Shown here piece after piece: positions 7,442 through 18,404 of a stretch of DNA of 64,000 nucleotides. The notes beneath the pieces were generated by a model. It was not told where the DNA came from. It did not search any database and worked only from the letters and a program-made list of their open reading frames with translations. The stretch's first letter is position 1, and the number at the start of each line of letters is the position of its first letter. This DNA comes from Candidatus Amphrikana amoebophyrae (GTDB lineage: Bacteria > Chlamydiota > Chlamydiia > Chlamydiales > JACRBE01). The translations under genes and the position numbers were made by a program. The stretch covers positions 4,200-68,199 of the forward strand of contig JAUHQG010000010.1 in NCBI GenBank assembly GCA_030408475.1, read 5' to 3'.

Positions 7442-9292
7442 ATGTGCGGTATTTTTGGTTTTATTCCTGGTTCAAATGAAACTGCAAGTGATGTTGTAGA
7501 CACTTGTATCAAAGGACTTAAGCAACTTGAATATAGAGGTTATGATTCTGCAGGCATTGCAGGCATTTACAAAAATGAAATGCAATCTTGTAAATCTGTT
7601 GGTAAAATAAAATCTTTGCAATCCGCTGTTGAATTTGAAAAACTCAACTTAGATATGGCTATTGCTCATACTCGTTGGGCTACCCATGGAGGATTGACTA
7701 ATGAAAATGCCCACCCTCATTTTGATGAAAAAACTAAACTAGCTGTTGTTCATAATGGTATCATAGAAAACCACTTCGAATTACGCAAAAAGTTAGCGGC
7801 ACAAGATATAAAATTTTACTCTGAAACTGATACTGAAGTGGTCGCTAAACTAGTGAGCCTATATTATGATGGAGATCTAAAGGCCGCTGTTCAAAGAGCT
7901 GCCAAAGATATAAAAGGGTCTTACGCCTTAGCCCTTATTCATCAAGATCAACCCAATTTAATTGTCGCAACAGCTAGGGATTGCCCGCTAGTCTTAGGCC
8001 TTGATCCTCAAACTAAATCTATTTTTATCTCATCTGATACTAATGCTTTTTTAGGCCGTTCACTTGATGTCATGTTTGTTAAAAACGAGCAACTTGCTTG
8101 TATCACCAAACACAGTATTATATTATATGACGCTCAAGGCAATATGATGGACTACAAGCTAGAAGCCCTTGGAATCGACCTTCATGCTATTACAAAAAAT
8201 GGTTTTGAGCACTTCATGCTCAAAGAAATATTTGAACAACCTATGACCATTAATAGAACGATTGAAGGTCGATTCTCCGAAGAATTTGGAACCGCTCAAT
8301 TAGGAAATTTAGCCATTCCAACTCATGTTTTTCAATCAGCTCATCACATATTAATTTTAGGATGTGGGACTTCCTGGCATGCTGGCCACATAGCCGCTTC
8401 TATGCTAGAAAGCTTAGCTCGAATCCCCACTCAAGCTGAGATTGCTTCCGAATTCCGCTATACTAATCCTATCGTTTCTGAAAATACCCTTGTCATTGCC
8501 ATTTCTCAATCAGGCGAAACTGCTGATACATTAGCTGCCGTAAGGGAAGTTCAAGCCAAAGGGGCAAAGGTACTTGGAATTTGCAATGTTAAACACTCGA
8601 CACTCTCACGAGAATCTGATAGCTGTATATATTTAAAAGCTGGACCAGAAATCAGCGTTTGTTCTACAAAAGCATTCACTTCTCAACTCGCTCTACTCTC
8701 CCTTTTGACTCTTCATCTTGCTCGCATTCGCCACATGGAAAAAGCTCAAGGTCAAGAATTTATTCGATACCTTAAAAAAGTGCCTCAATTAATTGAAGAA
8801 GTGTTAAATCAAGCACCTAAAATTGAAAAGTTAGCTAAAAAGTATGCTAAATTTGAACACTTTTTCTTCTTAGGTCGCCAATATATGTTTCCTGCAAGCT
8901 TGGAAGCTGCACTTAAATTAAAAGAGATTAGCTATTTAAATGCGACGGGTTATCCAGCAGGTGAAATGAAACACGGCCCAATTGCCTTAATAAGTCCTGA
9001 TGTAGCGGTCATTGCTATGTGTGGCAATAAAAAAACTCAAGACAAAATGATCTCTAATATGATGGAAGTTAAGTCTCGAGGAGGGCCGATTATGGCTTTA
9101 GCTCCTGAAGGTAATGAAGAAATCGCCACCATTACTGAAGATGTCATTTGGATGCCAGAAGACATTTGTGATGAACTTGCATGTATCCCCTATTCTGTAG
9201 CTGCTCAACTCTTTTCATACTATATTGCAAAAGAGAGAAATTGCGAAATTGATCAACCAAGAAATTTAGCAAAATCTGTTACAGTCGAATGA
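7442..9292 (+). CDS. glmS: Glutamine--fructose-6-phosphate aminotransferase
   Basis: MCGIFGF N-terminal nucleophile Cys, RWATHG, two SIS domains (GCGTSWHAG.., SQSGETADT), and a C-terminus ..LAKSVTVE typical of GlmS. 616 aa. Confidence 0.95.
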   Translation: MCGIFGFIPGSNETASDVVDTCIKGLKQLEYRGYDSAGIAGIYKNEMQSCKSVGKIKSLQSAVEFEKLNLDMAIAHTRWATHGGLTNENAHPHFDEKTKLAVVHNGIIENHFELRKKLAAQDIKFYSETDTEVVAKLVSLYYDGDLKAAVQRAAKDIKGSYALALIHQDQPNLIVATARDCPLVLGLDPQTKSIFISSDTNAFLGRSLDVMFVKNEQLACITKHSIILYDAQGNMMDYKLEALGIDLHAITKNGFEHFMLKEIFEQPMTINRTIEGRFSEEFGTAQLGNLAIPTHVFQSAHHILILGCGTSWHAGHIAASMLESLARIPTQAEIASEFRYTNPIVSENTLVIAISQSGETADTLAAVREVQAKGAKVLGICNVKHSTLSRESDSCIYLKAGPEISVCSTKAFTSQLALLSLLTLHLARIRHMEKAQGQEFIRYLKKVPQLIEEVLNQAPKIEKLAKKYAKFEHFFFLGRQYMFPASLEAALKLKEISYLNATGYPAGEMKHGPIALISPDVAVIAMCGNKKTQDKMISNMMEVKSRGGPIMALAPEGNEEIATITEDVIWMPEDICDELACIPYSVAAQLFSYYIAKERNCEIDQPRNLAKSVTVE

Positions 9293-9335
9293 CCATATAA
9301 ACTCGCCCCCGTTATGGGCTTGTTTTTCATCAAAC

Positions 9336-10781
9336 TCATAATTCATATTTAGTGATAGTACATTTCACATCCAGATAATCATGAATGCCATAAAATGAGC
9401 CCTCTTTTCCTATGCCTGACTCCTTCACTCCACCAAATGGAATTTGAGGTTTGGCTATAACTGTTTCATTAATACCCATCATGCCCGACTTGAGCTCATT
9501 TTTCACCCTCATAACTTGAGAAAAATCTTTGCTGTAAAAATATGAAGCCAAACCGTAAGGGGTATCATTAGCCATTTCAACTACTTCTTCTTCTGTTTTA
9601 AATCGATAAAATGGAGCTACCGGACCAAATATCTCCTCTTTAGCTATTGTCATGTCACTTTGCACTTCTGAAAGAACCGTTGGCTCAATGCAACTATTAT
9701 ATGAAGCCTTGCCACCGCAAACTATTTTAGCGCCTTCTTTAACAGAAGATTCTATAAGACCCAATACACGATCCCGAGCTGTTTGGTTAATTAAAGGCCC
9801 ATAATCTGAATCACAATCAAATCCATTACCTGATTTTTGTTTAGAAAATCGATTGGAAAATTCTTCAACAAATTGATCGTAAATTGAATCGTGAATAAAA
9901 AAACGATTACCACAAACACATGACTGACTGCCGTTTCTCTGCTTTAAATATAGGGCCCCTTTTAAAGCTTCTTCCATGTCAGCTGATTCAAATACAATAA
10001 ATGGAGCATTGCCTCCCAGTTCCAACGAAAGCTTTTGAATATGCTCAGCAGATTGCGCTGCCAATATTTTCCCTACTCGAGTAGAACCTGTAAATGAAAT
10101 CTTTCTCACTCGAACATCACTACATAAAATTTGTCCAATTTCAGCTGGATCTCCCGTTACTATATTAATAGCTCCATCATCAAATCCCGCTTGTTTTGCC
10201 AAATGAGCCAAAGCATAGGCTATATACGGAGTTTCTTCTGATGCTTTTAATACAACCGTGCACCCAACTGCTAAAGCAGGCGCAATTTTCCTAGTCACCA
10301 TCGCAAATGGAAAATTCCATGGTGTAATTGCCCCTACCACTCCAACAGGTTCTAAAATTACATCTATAATTTGATCAGGACGATCCGATTGAATATTATG
10401 ACCATATATTCGCTTCGCTTCATCAGCAAACCAATCAACAAAACTAAGTCCATAATCAATCTCACCTTTAGCATCCTCTAACGTTTTGCCTTGCTCTAAA
10501 GTAATCATCTTGGCTAGTTCGTCTTTATGCTCTAAACAGAGCTTAGACCAATTTTTTAATAACTGAGATCTATATTGAGGAGTTGATTTTCTATATGACT
10601 TAAAACAGTTGTGCGCAGCCGATATTGCTTGCTCAACATTTTCCTTAGTCGCAAAAGGAGCTTCACCGATTTTCTCATAATTAAAAGGATTAAAAACATC
10701 GTACATTTTTTTAGGCTTTACCCATTTACCGTTAATAAATAATTCGTTATAAAAAAATGGTGACTCCGATATGTTTTTCAT
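9336..10781 (-). CDS. gabD: NAD(P)-dependent succinate-semialdehyde dehydrogenase-like aldehyde dehydrogenase
   Basis: Start moved to ATG 10781, with AGGAG 7 nt upstream. Long blocks match E. coli GabD by eye: TLEQGKTLEDAKGEIDYGLSF, ITPWNFPFAMVTRKIAPALAVGCTVVLK, SFTGST, ELGGNAPFIVF, EEIFGPVAP, PFGGVKESGIGKEGS. The 80-codon upstream extension in the ORF track overlaps the divergent Nudix gene. Confidence 0.8.
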   Translation of the reverse strand: MKNISESPFFYNELFINGKWVKPKKMYDVFNPFNYEKIGEAPFATKENVEQAISAAHNCFKSYRKSTPQYRSQLLKNWSKLCLEHKDELAKMITLEQGKTLEDAKGEIDYGLSFVDWFADEAKRIYGHNIQSDRPDQIIDVILEPVGVVGAITPWNFPFAMVTRKIAPALAVGCTVVLKASEETPYIAYALAHLAKQAGFDDGAINIVTGDPAEIGQILCSDVRVRKISFTGSTRVGKILAAQSAEHIQKLSLELGGNAPFIVFESADMEEALKGALYLKQRNGSQSCVCGNRFFIHDSIYDQFVEEFSNRFSKQKSGNGFDCDSDYGPLINQTARDRVLGLIESSVKEGAKIVCGGKASYNSCIEPTVLSEVQSDMTIAKEEIFGPVAPFYRFKTEEEVVEMANDTPYGLASYFYSKDFSQVMRVKNELKSGMMGINETVIAKPQIPFGGVKESGIGKEGSFYGIHDYLDVKCTITKYEL

Positions 10782-10859
10782 AGAAATAACTCCTCTTTTG
10801 AATTGCAACCTAATTGTCAATACTATATTTGTAAACAATAATCTATCAACACGATTCTT

Positions 10860-11429
10860 ATGGGAAATAAAATGGATAAGCAAGCCGAAACAACTGAAAA
10901 TCACTATAAAAATGCCCAAATAAATAGCAGTGAAATAATCAAAAGCCCTAGAATTGCTATTCGGGAAGACAAAGTGAATCTTCCAAATGGTAAAGATAAA
11001 ATATACCACATTGTGCTGCACCCTGGAGCTTGCGCTATTTTACCCATTGATAGTGACGGTAAAATTATTTTTGTTCGCCAATATAGGCACGCTGTTGAAG
11101 AAATCCTATTAGAAATTCCTGCTGGAATTATTGACCATGGAGAAAATCCCCTCACTTGCGCAAGGCGCGAGCTTCGAGAAGAAACAGGGTATAATTGCAA
11201 AGAAATTAAACCTATGATTAATATCTTTACAACCCCTGGTTTTACAAATGAACAACTCTATCTATATATAGCTAAGGGGCTATATCCCGACCCTTTAATT
11301 GCAGAAGATAGTGATGAAATTGATGTAATTAAGTATACTTTAGAAGAGTCACTTCAAATGGTGATGAGTGGTAAAATAGCTGATGCCAAAACTGTGGTTG
11401 CAATCCTCTACTATAAAGGTCTAATATGA
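10860..11429 (+). CDS. Nudix hydrolase, ADP-ribose pyrophosphatase-like
   Basis: Nudix box GIIDHGENPLTCARRELREETGY. The start could be ATG 10860 or 10872. The stop TGA overlaps the next gene's ATG (ATGA at 11426-11429). Confidence 0.75.
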   Translation: MGNKMDKQAETTENHYKNAQINSSEIIKSPRIAIREDKVNLPNGKDKIYHIVLHPGACAILPIDSDGKIIFVRQYRHAVEEILLEIPAGIIDHGENPLTCARRELREETGYNCKEIKPMINIFTTPGFTNEQLYLYIAKGLYPDPLIAEDSDEIDVIKYTLEESLQMVMSGKIADAKTVVAILYYKGLI

Positions 11430-14400
11430 AACTGATTTTTAAACTTCTAGGCTCTTTTCTCGCTTTAGCCATTATTATCGTATCTATACTTCCGATGCTT
11501 TTTTCCTCCAATTGGGGTCAAAATCAACTCGCATCCATCCTTTCCATGTCAACAAAATCTACAGTCAAAATTGAAAATGTTCGTCTTGGTTGGTTTGGAA
11601 ATCAATCCATTCGTAACCTCTCTGTTTCTACTCCCGATTATCAAATTCATGTAAAATCCATTAATCTCGATAACTCTCTTTGGGGGTTTGTCTTTTCTGG
11701 ATTTTCTTTTACAAATCTTAATATTGACACACCTCAGTGTCGCATATTTAAAATCGAAAATTCACCCACTAATAGTTCTTCTAATTCTTCTATCCCCTTT
11801 CTTTTTATTAAGAAGCTCAACTTGAAAAATGGAACTTTCTCACTTTCTTCAAAAAACAAGCAGCTTATACAATTCAATGATATCCATGTTAATGCTAAAA
11901 TTGAACGAAGTAAAAAAACTATGGACGTAGAAGCAGCAAGCTCCACTAATTACAATAATCAAAGTGGGAAAATAGATCTTAAAGCGCATGTAAATGTGAG
12001 CGAAGCTTTCCCCTTTTTTCAACTTAACAGTAATATCATTGATTTGCCACTTGAAGGACTTGACCAAATCGCCCTTTTTGCCAAGCTTTATGATAAACCA
12101 GTTTTGAGTCAGTCATTTGGCAGTACAATGAATATTCGACTACACTTAGACTCTGTTACTAATAATTTAGAAGCCGTCGTTAAGTCAAAGCATCTTAATC
12201 TTAACCTCAATACTAACAATAAAAGCGCTCCTCTTATATTTGACTGGACAGTGAACCCTCAACTCTTAAGCTTGTTTAATATCGACCAAATCAAAAAGCC
12301 TTTTTCCCTTTCATCTCAAGTTCATTCTCTTCAACTACCTTCTATAAAAAATTGGAAGCAAAGCGCTTTTAAACTTAAAACAGTCGTCTCTCAATTAGAA
12401 ATAAATTCTTTGTTACTAGATAGAACCGAGATCCACCTACAAAGTGAAAATTTAGAAAAACAACTTAAAGCTAAGTGTGCAACAGCTTTCACATCTCCCC
12501 TATTTAATGGAGTTGTTGAACTGGATGGACTTATTAATTCTATTTTATCCAATACCCCTAAACTTAAGCTAATTCTCACATCCAACTCTCTTCAAATTAA
12601 AGAGCCTATTACTAACCTTACTCGAACAATCAATCATGCAAAGTGTATCATAGACAATCTAAAAAATAATGAAATTTCGGCTACTGTTGCTATAGAAGAT
12701 GTTTCAGGACCTTCACTTTTAGGCTCAAATTGCAATGCTAAATTTATTGCTAATTACAAAGTAGATCAAAACTTATTCCAAATTAATAATTTTGATCTTT
12801 CTCTAAATAGCAGTATGATGCAAGGCAATTTCCAAGGAAGCTTTGACTTACTTAAACAAGAGTTAATTCTATCTAAAGACGGTTACATAGACTATAAATT
12901 AGCCCCTTCTGCATTTAAATTACTCATAACAAAAATCCCCTTTCCAATTATTTTGAAAAAAGAGACCTCTGTTTCATTAATTCTAGAAAAAAGTTCTTCT
13001 ATTAATCAAATTGAAGCCAACTTGTTTTCCGAGGACTTTACAGTAACTCTAGCTAACCCACATCAAGATTTTGAATTTCGCAACTTTGATACTCATGTAA
13101 AACTGAATCCCAAATCAGAAAAACTGAACCTCACCTCCCATATGAATATTAAAGACACAGGCAAAGTAATACTTAAAGCCGATCAAAACTTTCAACTTGA
13201 TACTTTAAAAGTGAAATTAGAAGGTTCTTCAATACCCTCTAATTTATTTGCTCCTTGGCTAAAAATTAATGCCCCTTTAAGTGAGCTTATAGGTGACAAC
13301 CTCGATTTTAAAATCGAGGGAAAGCAAGAAAATGGACATATCGAATCTATCGATCTTGATATGAAGGCACACCACTTATCTTTTAAGGGGGCCTTTGAAC
13401 TTGATGAAGAGGGATCTATAAAAGAAATCACTACTCCACTCAATGTAAAATACACAATGACCCCACAAGCTTACACTATTTTAAGCGTACTAACAAAAGG
13501 GGAAAACAAAACACTATTCCAATTAAAGCAGCCCGCTAAACTCTCTTTTCATTTGCCAAAATTTAGTATTGATCCTAAGCAAGGATTCTCTTCAGCTGAA
13601 TTTAAGGGGCTAATTGAGCTACAAGATGCAATAGTTACCAATGATGATTTTGAAGCTTCGGTTTCTAATTTAAAATGCGATTTAAAAAAGAAAAAAGAAA
13701 AAAATGCTATTGCAACTATTGCATCATCCATTATATCAGATGGGTCAAATTCTCAAATAGAAGGTGCTGTCGAAATTAAAAATGTTAATATATCACTACC
13801 TATTTTACAAATGTTAGGAGCTATGCAACTCGATTCCCATCTTTCAGTTTCAAAATTACCCACAAAACTTTTGGATGCCCTTTCTCAACCTTTTGTTGCA
13901 TTCCCATTTTCAGGAGTACTAGGAGCCAACCTAAATGCCAATATTGATATTCAGATGCAAAATGATATAAAGAAGCTTGATCTTTCTGTTGATGCTACTG
14001 ATGCTGATCTTTCATTAAAAGGTACTGCCCTTCCAGATAAATTTCTCCTCGATACTCCTATAGAAGGATCATTAAAGTTAACCACTAGTTTAAGTCACAT
14101 CCTTTTTGATAACCTTGGTTTTTCTATCCGAAAATCTCAATTACCCATTACTCTTGATATTTCTGATAGAGGTTTCATTCTCCCCCTTACTCAAAATGGC
14201 TTAGATAAACTTCAAATTGGCCTAGCTATATTAAATCCAGGACAAATAGTTGCCGTTAACAAAGGCACATTAAGTGGAATAAATAGCATTTTTAAAATCC
14301 AAGGCACCAATACAATGCAACTTTGGTTTGCACCCTTTTACACCTCTTTTCACCAAGGTGTTCTTAATATCCAGCGCACTGAAATACTAGTCGACAGAGC

Positions 14401-14851
14401 TCTTCATATTTGTATTTGGGGTGAAATAGATTACCTTCGCAAGTATGTCAATTTAACTATAGGTCTTACAGCGCAAGCATTGCGTAAAACTTTGAATGTC
14501 AGCGGAATTCCCGACTCTTATGTTTTACAAGTTCCTCTAACAGGCCCATTTGATAATGTAAAACTTCAAAAAGGGGCAATTACAGCAAAAATGGCATTGC
14601 TTCTTGGAGGCCAAGCAGCCCCCACTAATTCAATCTTTGGAGCTGCTGTAAGTGTTTTTAACAGCTTAATGAATGATCAATCTAAAGTTCCACCTCCTAA
14701 ACGGCCCTATCCTTGGGAGAGAAAAACTTCAATGAGCGAAAATAAATCAACTCATCCAATTTTAAAGCTAAAAGAGGATAAAAAAAGGGATGAAGAATTA
14801 ATACATTCATCCATCCCAATAGATACGTTCTTACCTATTAAGCAAGAGTGA
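11426..14851 (+). CDS. Very large membrane-anchored envelope protein, AsmA/TamB-like architecture (function not established)
   Basis: 1141 aa. One N-terminal TM ([20 protein letters not shown]), followed by more than 1000 aa of Asn/Ser/Lys/Leu-rich sequence that looks beta-rich. The call rests on architecture only; no motif-level match was verified. Confidence 0.4.
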   Translation: MKLIFKLLGSFLALAIIIVSILPMLFSSNWGQNQLASILSMSTKSTVKIENVRLGWFGNQSIRNLSVSTPDYQIHVKSINLDNSLWGFVFSGFSFTNLNIDTPQCRIFKIENSPTNSSSNSSIPFLFIKKLNLKNGTFSLSSKNKQLIQFNDIHVNAKIERSKKTMDVEAASSTNYNNQSGKIDLKAHVNVSEAFPFFQLNSNIIDLPLEGLDQIALFAKLYDKPVLSQSFGSTMNIRLHLDSVTNNLEAVVKSKHLNLNLNTNNKSAPLIFDWTVNPQLLSLFNIDQIKKPFSLSSQVHSLQLPSIKNWKQSAFKLKTVVSQLEINSLLLDRTEIHLQSENLEKQLKAKCATAFTSPLFNGVVELDGLINSILSNTPKLKLILTSNSLQIKEPITNLTRTINHAKCIIDNLKNNEISATVAIEDVSGPSLLGSNCNAKFIANYKVDQNLFQINNFDLSLNSSMMQGNFQGSFDLLKQELILSKDGYIDYKLAPSAFKLLITKIPFPIILKKETSVSLILEKSSSINQIEANLFSEDFTVTLANPHQDFEFRNFDTHVKLNPKSEKLNLTSHMNIKDTGKVILKADQNFQLDTLKVKLEGSSIPSNLFAPWLKINAPLSELIGDNLDFKIEGKQENGHIESIDLDMKAHHLSFKGAFELDEEGSIKEITTPLNVKYTMTPQAYTILSVLTKGENKTLFQLKQPAKLSFHLPKFSIDPKQGFSSAEFKGLIELQDAIVTNDDFEASVSNLKCDLKKKKEKNAIATIASSIISDGSNSQIEGAVEIKNVNISLPILQMLGAMQLDSHLSVSKLPTKLLDALSQPFVAFPFSGVLGANLNANIDIQMQNDIKKLDLSVDATDADLSLKGTALPDKFLLDTPIEGSLKLTTSLSHILFDNLGFSIRKSQLPITLDISDRGFILPLTQNGLDKLQIGLAILNPGQIVAVNKGTLSGINSIFKIQGTNTMQLWFAPFYTSFHQGVLNIQRTEILVDRALHICIWGEIDYLRKYVNLTIGLTAQALRKTLNVSGIPDSYVLQVPLTGPFDNVKLQKGAITAKMALLLGGQAAPTNSIFGAAVSVFNSLMNDQSKVPPPKRPYPWERKTSMSENKSTHPILKLKEDKKRDEELIHSSIPIDTFLPIKQE

Positions 14852-15893
14852 TGTCGTCACAAAGATATACATCTTGAATCGCATTTAGAAGTTCAATACC
14901 CTCTTTCATAGGGCGTTGAAATGCTTTTCTGCCAGAAATAAGGCCACATCCACCAGCCCTTTTATTAACAACGGCTGTCATAACAGCGTCTTGGATATCA
15001 TTATCACCAGAAGCACCACCTGAATTAATTAATCCCATTCTACCCATATAACAGTTAGCTACTTGATAACGCGTTAGATCGATAGGATGATCTGAACAAA
15101 GCTCGGAATACATTTTTTCATGCTTTTTACCAAATTTAAGCGCTTTATATCCACCATTATTAGTTGGAAGCTTTTGTTTAATAATATCAGCCCCAATAGT
15201 TACACCGAGATGATTTGCTTGCCCAGTCAAATCAGCAGCAGTATGGAAATCTTCATCAGCTGTTTTAAAATGGGAATTTCTTAAATAGCACCATAAAACA
15301 GTAGCCATTCCTAACTCATGAGCATGTTCAAAAGCTCTTGCCACTTCAATAATTTGTCTATCTGATTCCTCTGAACCGAAATAGATTGTAGCTCCAACTG
15401 CTTTACAGCCCATATCATGCGCTTGATCGACAGAAGCAAACATAATTTGATCATAAGTCTCAGGATATGTGAGTAATTCATTATGATTGAGTTTTAATAA
15501 AAAAGGGATCTTATGAGCATACTTTCTAGCCACAGATCCTAAAACACCTAAAGTTGTAGCTACGGCATTACATCCACCTTCCATCGCAAGTTCAATAATC
15601 CCTTCTGGATCAAAATATTTGGGATTAGGAGCAAATGATGCGCCGGCTGAATGTTCAATGCCCTGATCAACTGGCAAAATAGAAAGGTAACCAGTACCTG
15701 ATAATCTACCATGGTTATAAAGGTCATGAATCGATTGCAAAGTGCGAATATTTCGATCTGAGTGATAGTAAACCCTATCAATAAAATCGGGACCCGGGGC
15801 GTGGATGACAGATTTATCAATAGTTTTACATTGATGACTCAATAGATCATCTGCTTGTTCTTGAAGAATGCCTTGTATTTTTGAAAGGGACAT
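14838..15893 (-). CDS. fbaB: Class I fructose-bisphosphate aldolase (FbaB/DhnA type)
   Basis: Near-colinear by-eye match to E. coli Fba[103 protein letters not shown]. Confidence 0.92.
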   Translation of the reverse strand: MSLSKIQGILQEQADDLLSHQCKTIDKSVIHAPGPDFIDRVYYHSDRNIRTLQSIHDLYNHGRLSGTGYLSILPVDQGIEHSAGASFAPNPKYFDPEGIIELAMEGGCNAVATTLGVLGSVARKYAHKIPFLLKLNHNELLTYPETYDQIMFASVDQAHDMGCKAVGATIYFGSEESDRQIIEVARAFEHAHELGMATVLWCYLRNSHFKTADEDFHTAADLTGQANHLGVTIGADIIKQKLPTNNGGYKALKFGKKHEKMYSELCSDHPIDLTRYQVANCYMGRMGLINSGGASGDNDIQDAVMTAVVNKRAGGCGLISGRKAFQRPMKEGIELLNAIQDVYLCDDITLA

Positions 15894-15955
15894 AAATATA
15901 TTGCTCCAGTGTTTTAATTGATATTCGCTAAATTTTTTTTTTTTAGCAAGGGCAT

Positions 15956-15987
15956 AAAAAAACCCGCAAGTTCAATGATCTTACGAG
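15956..15987 (-). terminator. Intrinsic terminator candidate for the OMP gene
   Basis: On the minus-strand RNA: CUCGUAAG - 9 nt - CUUGCGGG (8 bp including two G-U pairs), followed by U7 (plus-strand A-run 15956-15962). It lies 56 nt after the stop at 16043. Confidence 0.45.
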
Positions 15988-16042
15988 TTTTAAACCTAAG
16001 TACAACTTAAGAATTAAATAGTGTCTCTTTTAAATTGATCAA

Positions 16043-16870
16043 CTACATGTCATATTTTAGATAGACTAGAAATTGATTAGTCTTTACTCGCCCTTCCCAA
16101 GCTTTACAAGTAACCCATGTTCCATTAGCTGTATTATCAATAATTCTGGAAGGACCATTAAATGTACCTCCATCATAATAGCGATAAGCAAAATTCATAC
16201 TTGCTGCACTATTTGTAGGTCTAAATGATAAACCTACATTGGCTTGCCAAGCAAATGCAACTTTGGTTACAGGTTCACCGATTGAACTCGTAGATCCTAC
16301 ACTAGTAGTTGAATTATGACCCACTGTATGAAAATTAGTCATTTGATTAACACCAAATCCTAAACCAGCCCCAGCAAAAGGAGAAACGCTAATGCATCCC
16401 ATATCCCAATTCCAATCTCTTGGTAAATGCAACCTAAAACTGGCTAAGAACCCATCATTATCCAAATCAAAAAAGCGAGTCCTATGTGAGCCTGTAAATG
16501 CTGGTGTGGAACTTGTTCCAGTCTGGTGCTTGTTATACACAAATTGTCTGTACTGAGTCCACTCTACATCTACATCTAACCAAGAAATAAGTTCTTTTCC
16601 AAACCCGAGTCCAATGAATGATCCGTCCGTTAAATCTTGATCATACCCTTGATTAGATGCATCCCAAAAACTTGTGTCTGGATTTGTAATTCCGGGCTTC
16701 ATTGTCCATGCATAACCAGAGCTCACAGTAAAGTACCAAGGTAGTTTTTCTTCCATAGGTTTAGCTTGGGCTGTTTTTGAATGACTTGTAGCACTACTTA
16801 CGTCTGCTGCAAATAGGCTTGATAAACATGTCATAGCTGCTACTGCTACAACTTTTTTTACTAGTGACAT
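16043..16870 (-). CDS. Outer-membrane beta-barrel (porin/Opa-like) protein
   Basis: Signal peptide MSLVKKVVAVAAMTCLSSLFA. Alternating aromatic/hydrophilic strand pattern rich in Gly/Asn/Thr/Trp/Tyr. 275 aa. The family is not identified. Confidence 0.5.
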   Translation of the reverse strand: MSLVKKVVAVAAMTCLSSLFAADVSSATSHSKTAQAKPMEEKLPWYFTVSSGYAWTMKPGITNPDTSFWDASNQGYDQDLTDGSFIGLGFGKELISWLDVDVEWTQYRQFVYNKHQTGTSSTPAFTGSHRTRFFDLDNDGFLASFRLHLPRDWNWDMGCISVSPFAGAGLGFGVNQMTNFHTVGHNSTTSVGSTSSIGEPVTKVAFAWQANVGLSFRPTNSAASMNFAYRYYDGGTFNGPSRIIDNTANGTWVTCKAWEGRVKTNQFLVYLKYDM

Positions 16871-16959
16871 TTAAACTCCATAATATTAAAAGTATTGTAG
16901 TATCACTAGTAATAGAATTGTTTTTATATTTCAACTATAAAAACTCATGAAATCTTTCA

Positions 16960-18291
16960 CTATTTTTTCCAAAATGCTTCGATCTCTTCTAAACTTCTTC
17001 CCTTTGTTTCAGGCACTCTGAAATAGACAAAGAAAAAGGAGAAGAAAGTAATGATAGCAAATATAACAAAGGTCCAAGCCGAACCAACATACTTAGTAAG
17101 CGGAAGAAAACAAAGAGATACTACGTAATTACTAGCCCAGTTCACAAAAACGCAAATACCCATCACTCTTCCACGAACTGCTAATGGGAAAATCTCAGAG
17201 ATAATAAGCCAAGCAATAGGGCCTAAACCAATTGCAAAAAACACGACATAAAACATTAAGCTGAACAAAGAAAACGCTGTAAGAGAAGGTCCTATAAAAA
17301 AGCAAATCGATAAAAAGATTAACCCTAAAAACATACCAGCGACCCCAACTAAAAGAAGAGGACGTCTACCTTTCAAGTCAAGTAGCCACATCGCAACTAC
17401 TGTGGCAATTACGTTTATAGCGCCAAGAGCGATTGTAGCAAGCATAGCCGAAGATCGTGTTACAAAACCAACCTCTTGAAATATAGAAGGAGCATAGTAA
17501 AAAACTGCATTTACACCCGTTATTTGTTGAATAATGCTTAAGCCAACTCCTACAACCAACGCACCCATGAGCTTTTTTTTCATTGACGTTTTCTTCAATG
17601 GTTTTTTCATGTTTTTTTCTACTTTGGCAATAATGGTATCAACATTCTCCCCTTTTCGAACCTTTCGTAAGATTTTTTTAGCTTTCACCTTCTTCCCTTT
17701 TGTAATTAACCAAGTAGCGCTCTCCGGAAGAAAAAACATACATACAAATAGAATAAGAGAGAAAATAATACTTATTATAAAAAGCCAAGGCCATATTTTC
17801 GCTGTATCCAAATAAAAATTAGCTATATACGAGACTAATATACCAATAGTAACCATTAACTGATTAGCTGTTACCATTGCACCTCTAAATTTAACAGGTG
17901 CCATCTCTGATAGATAAAGAGGGACCACTAAAGAGCCAAGTCCTACTCCAAGTCCTGTAATAAATCGACCAAATAATAAGGTAACAAACGAGTCGGTAAA
18001 AGTGAGCAGAAAACTTCCTATTACATAGACAATTGCAGTAAAAATTACAGTGTATTTTCTTCCCAACTTATCAGAAAGGAATCCAGAAACAATAGCACCG
18101 ATAAGAGCACCAAAAATAAGAATACTCACTACATTGGCTTTGGCAGCCAATGAGAGGTTAAATAAATCTGAAAAAATGAGAAGCGCCCCAGAAATCACAG
18201 CTGTATTATAACCAAATAAGAATCCACCGATTGCTCCAATAGCCGCAATGATAATTGCTAAATTAGAGAGTTGAACTTTTTTCTTTTTCAT
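16960..18291 (-). CDS. MFS sugar porter family transporter
   Basis: Sugar-porter signatures: GFLSDKLGRKYT, PESATWL, PETKGRSLEEIE at the C-terminus. 12 hydrophobic segments. Confidence 0.8.
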   Translation of the reverse strand: MKKKKVQLSNLAIIIAAIGAIGGFLFGYNTAVISGALLIFSDLFNLSLAAKANVVSILIFGALIGAIVSGFLSDKLGRKYTVIFTAIVYVIGSFLLTFTDSFVTLLFGRFITGLGVGLGSLVVPLYLSEMAPVKFRGAMVTANQLMVTIGILVSYIANFYLDTAKIWPWLFIISIIFSLILFVCMFFLPESATWLITKGKKVKAKKILRKVRKGENVDTIIAKVEKNMKKPLKKTSMKKKLMGALVVGVGLSIIQQITGVNAVFYYAPSIFQEVGFVTRSSAMLATIALGAINVIATVVAMWLLDLKGRRPLLLVGVAGMFLGLIFLSICFFIGPSLTAFSLFSLMFYVVFFAIGLGPIAWLIISEIFPLAVRGRVMGICVFVNWASNYVVSLCFLPLTKYVGSAWTFVIFAIITFFSFFFVYFRVPETKGRSLEEIEAFWKK

Positions 18292-18404
18292 AACGTTACC
18301 TAGAGAAAGCCTTTAAGATTGACCTAAAATCAATGCATTAAATAATATACCCATTCATTGCAATCAAAATTGTTGCAACAAACCCCAGATTTTAAGGATT
18401 TCTT

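Noticed and set aside
10782-11021. 80-codon N-terminal extension of the aldehyde dehydrogenase ORF (ORF track 9336..11021)
   Set aside because: The extension overlaps the divergent Nudix gene and is hydrophobic junk. An internal ATG at 10781 has an AGGAG RBS and gives the canonical ALDH N-terminus.
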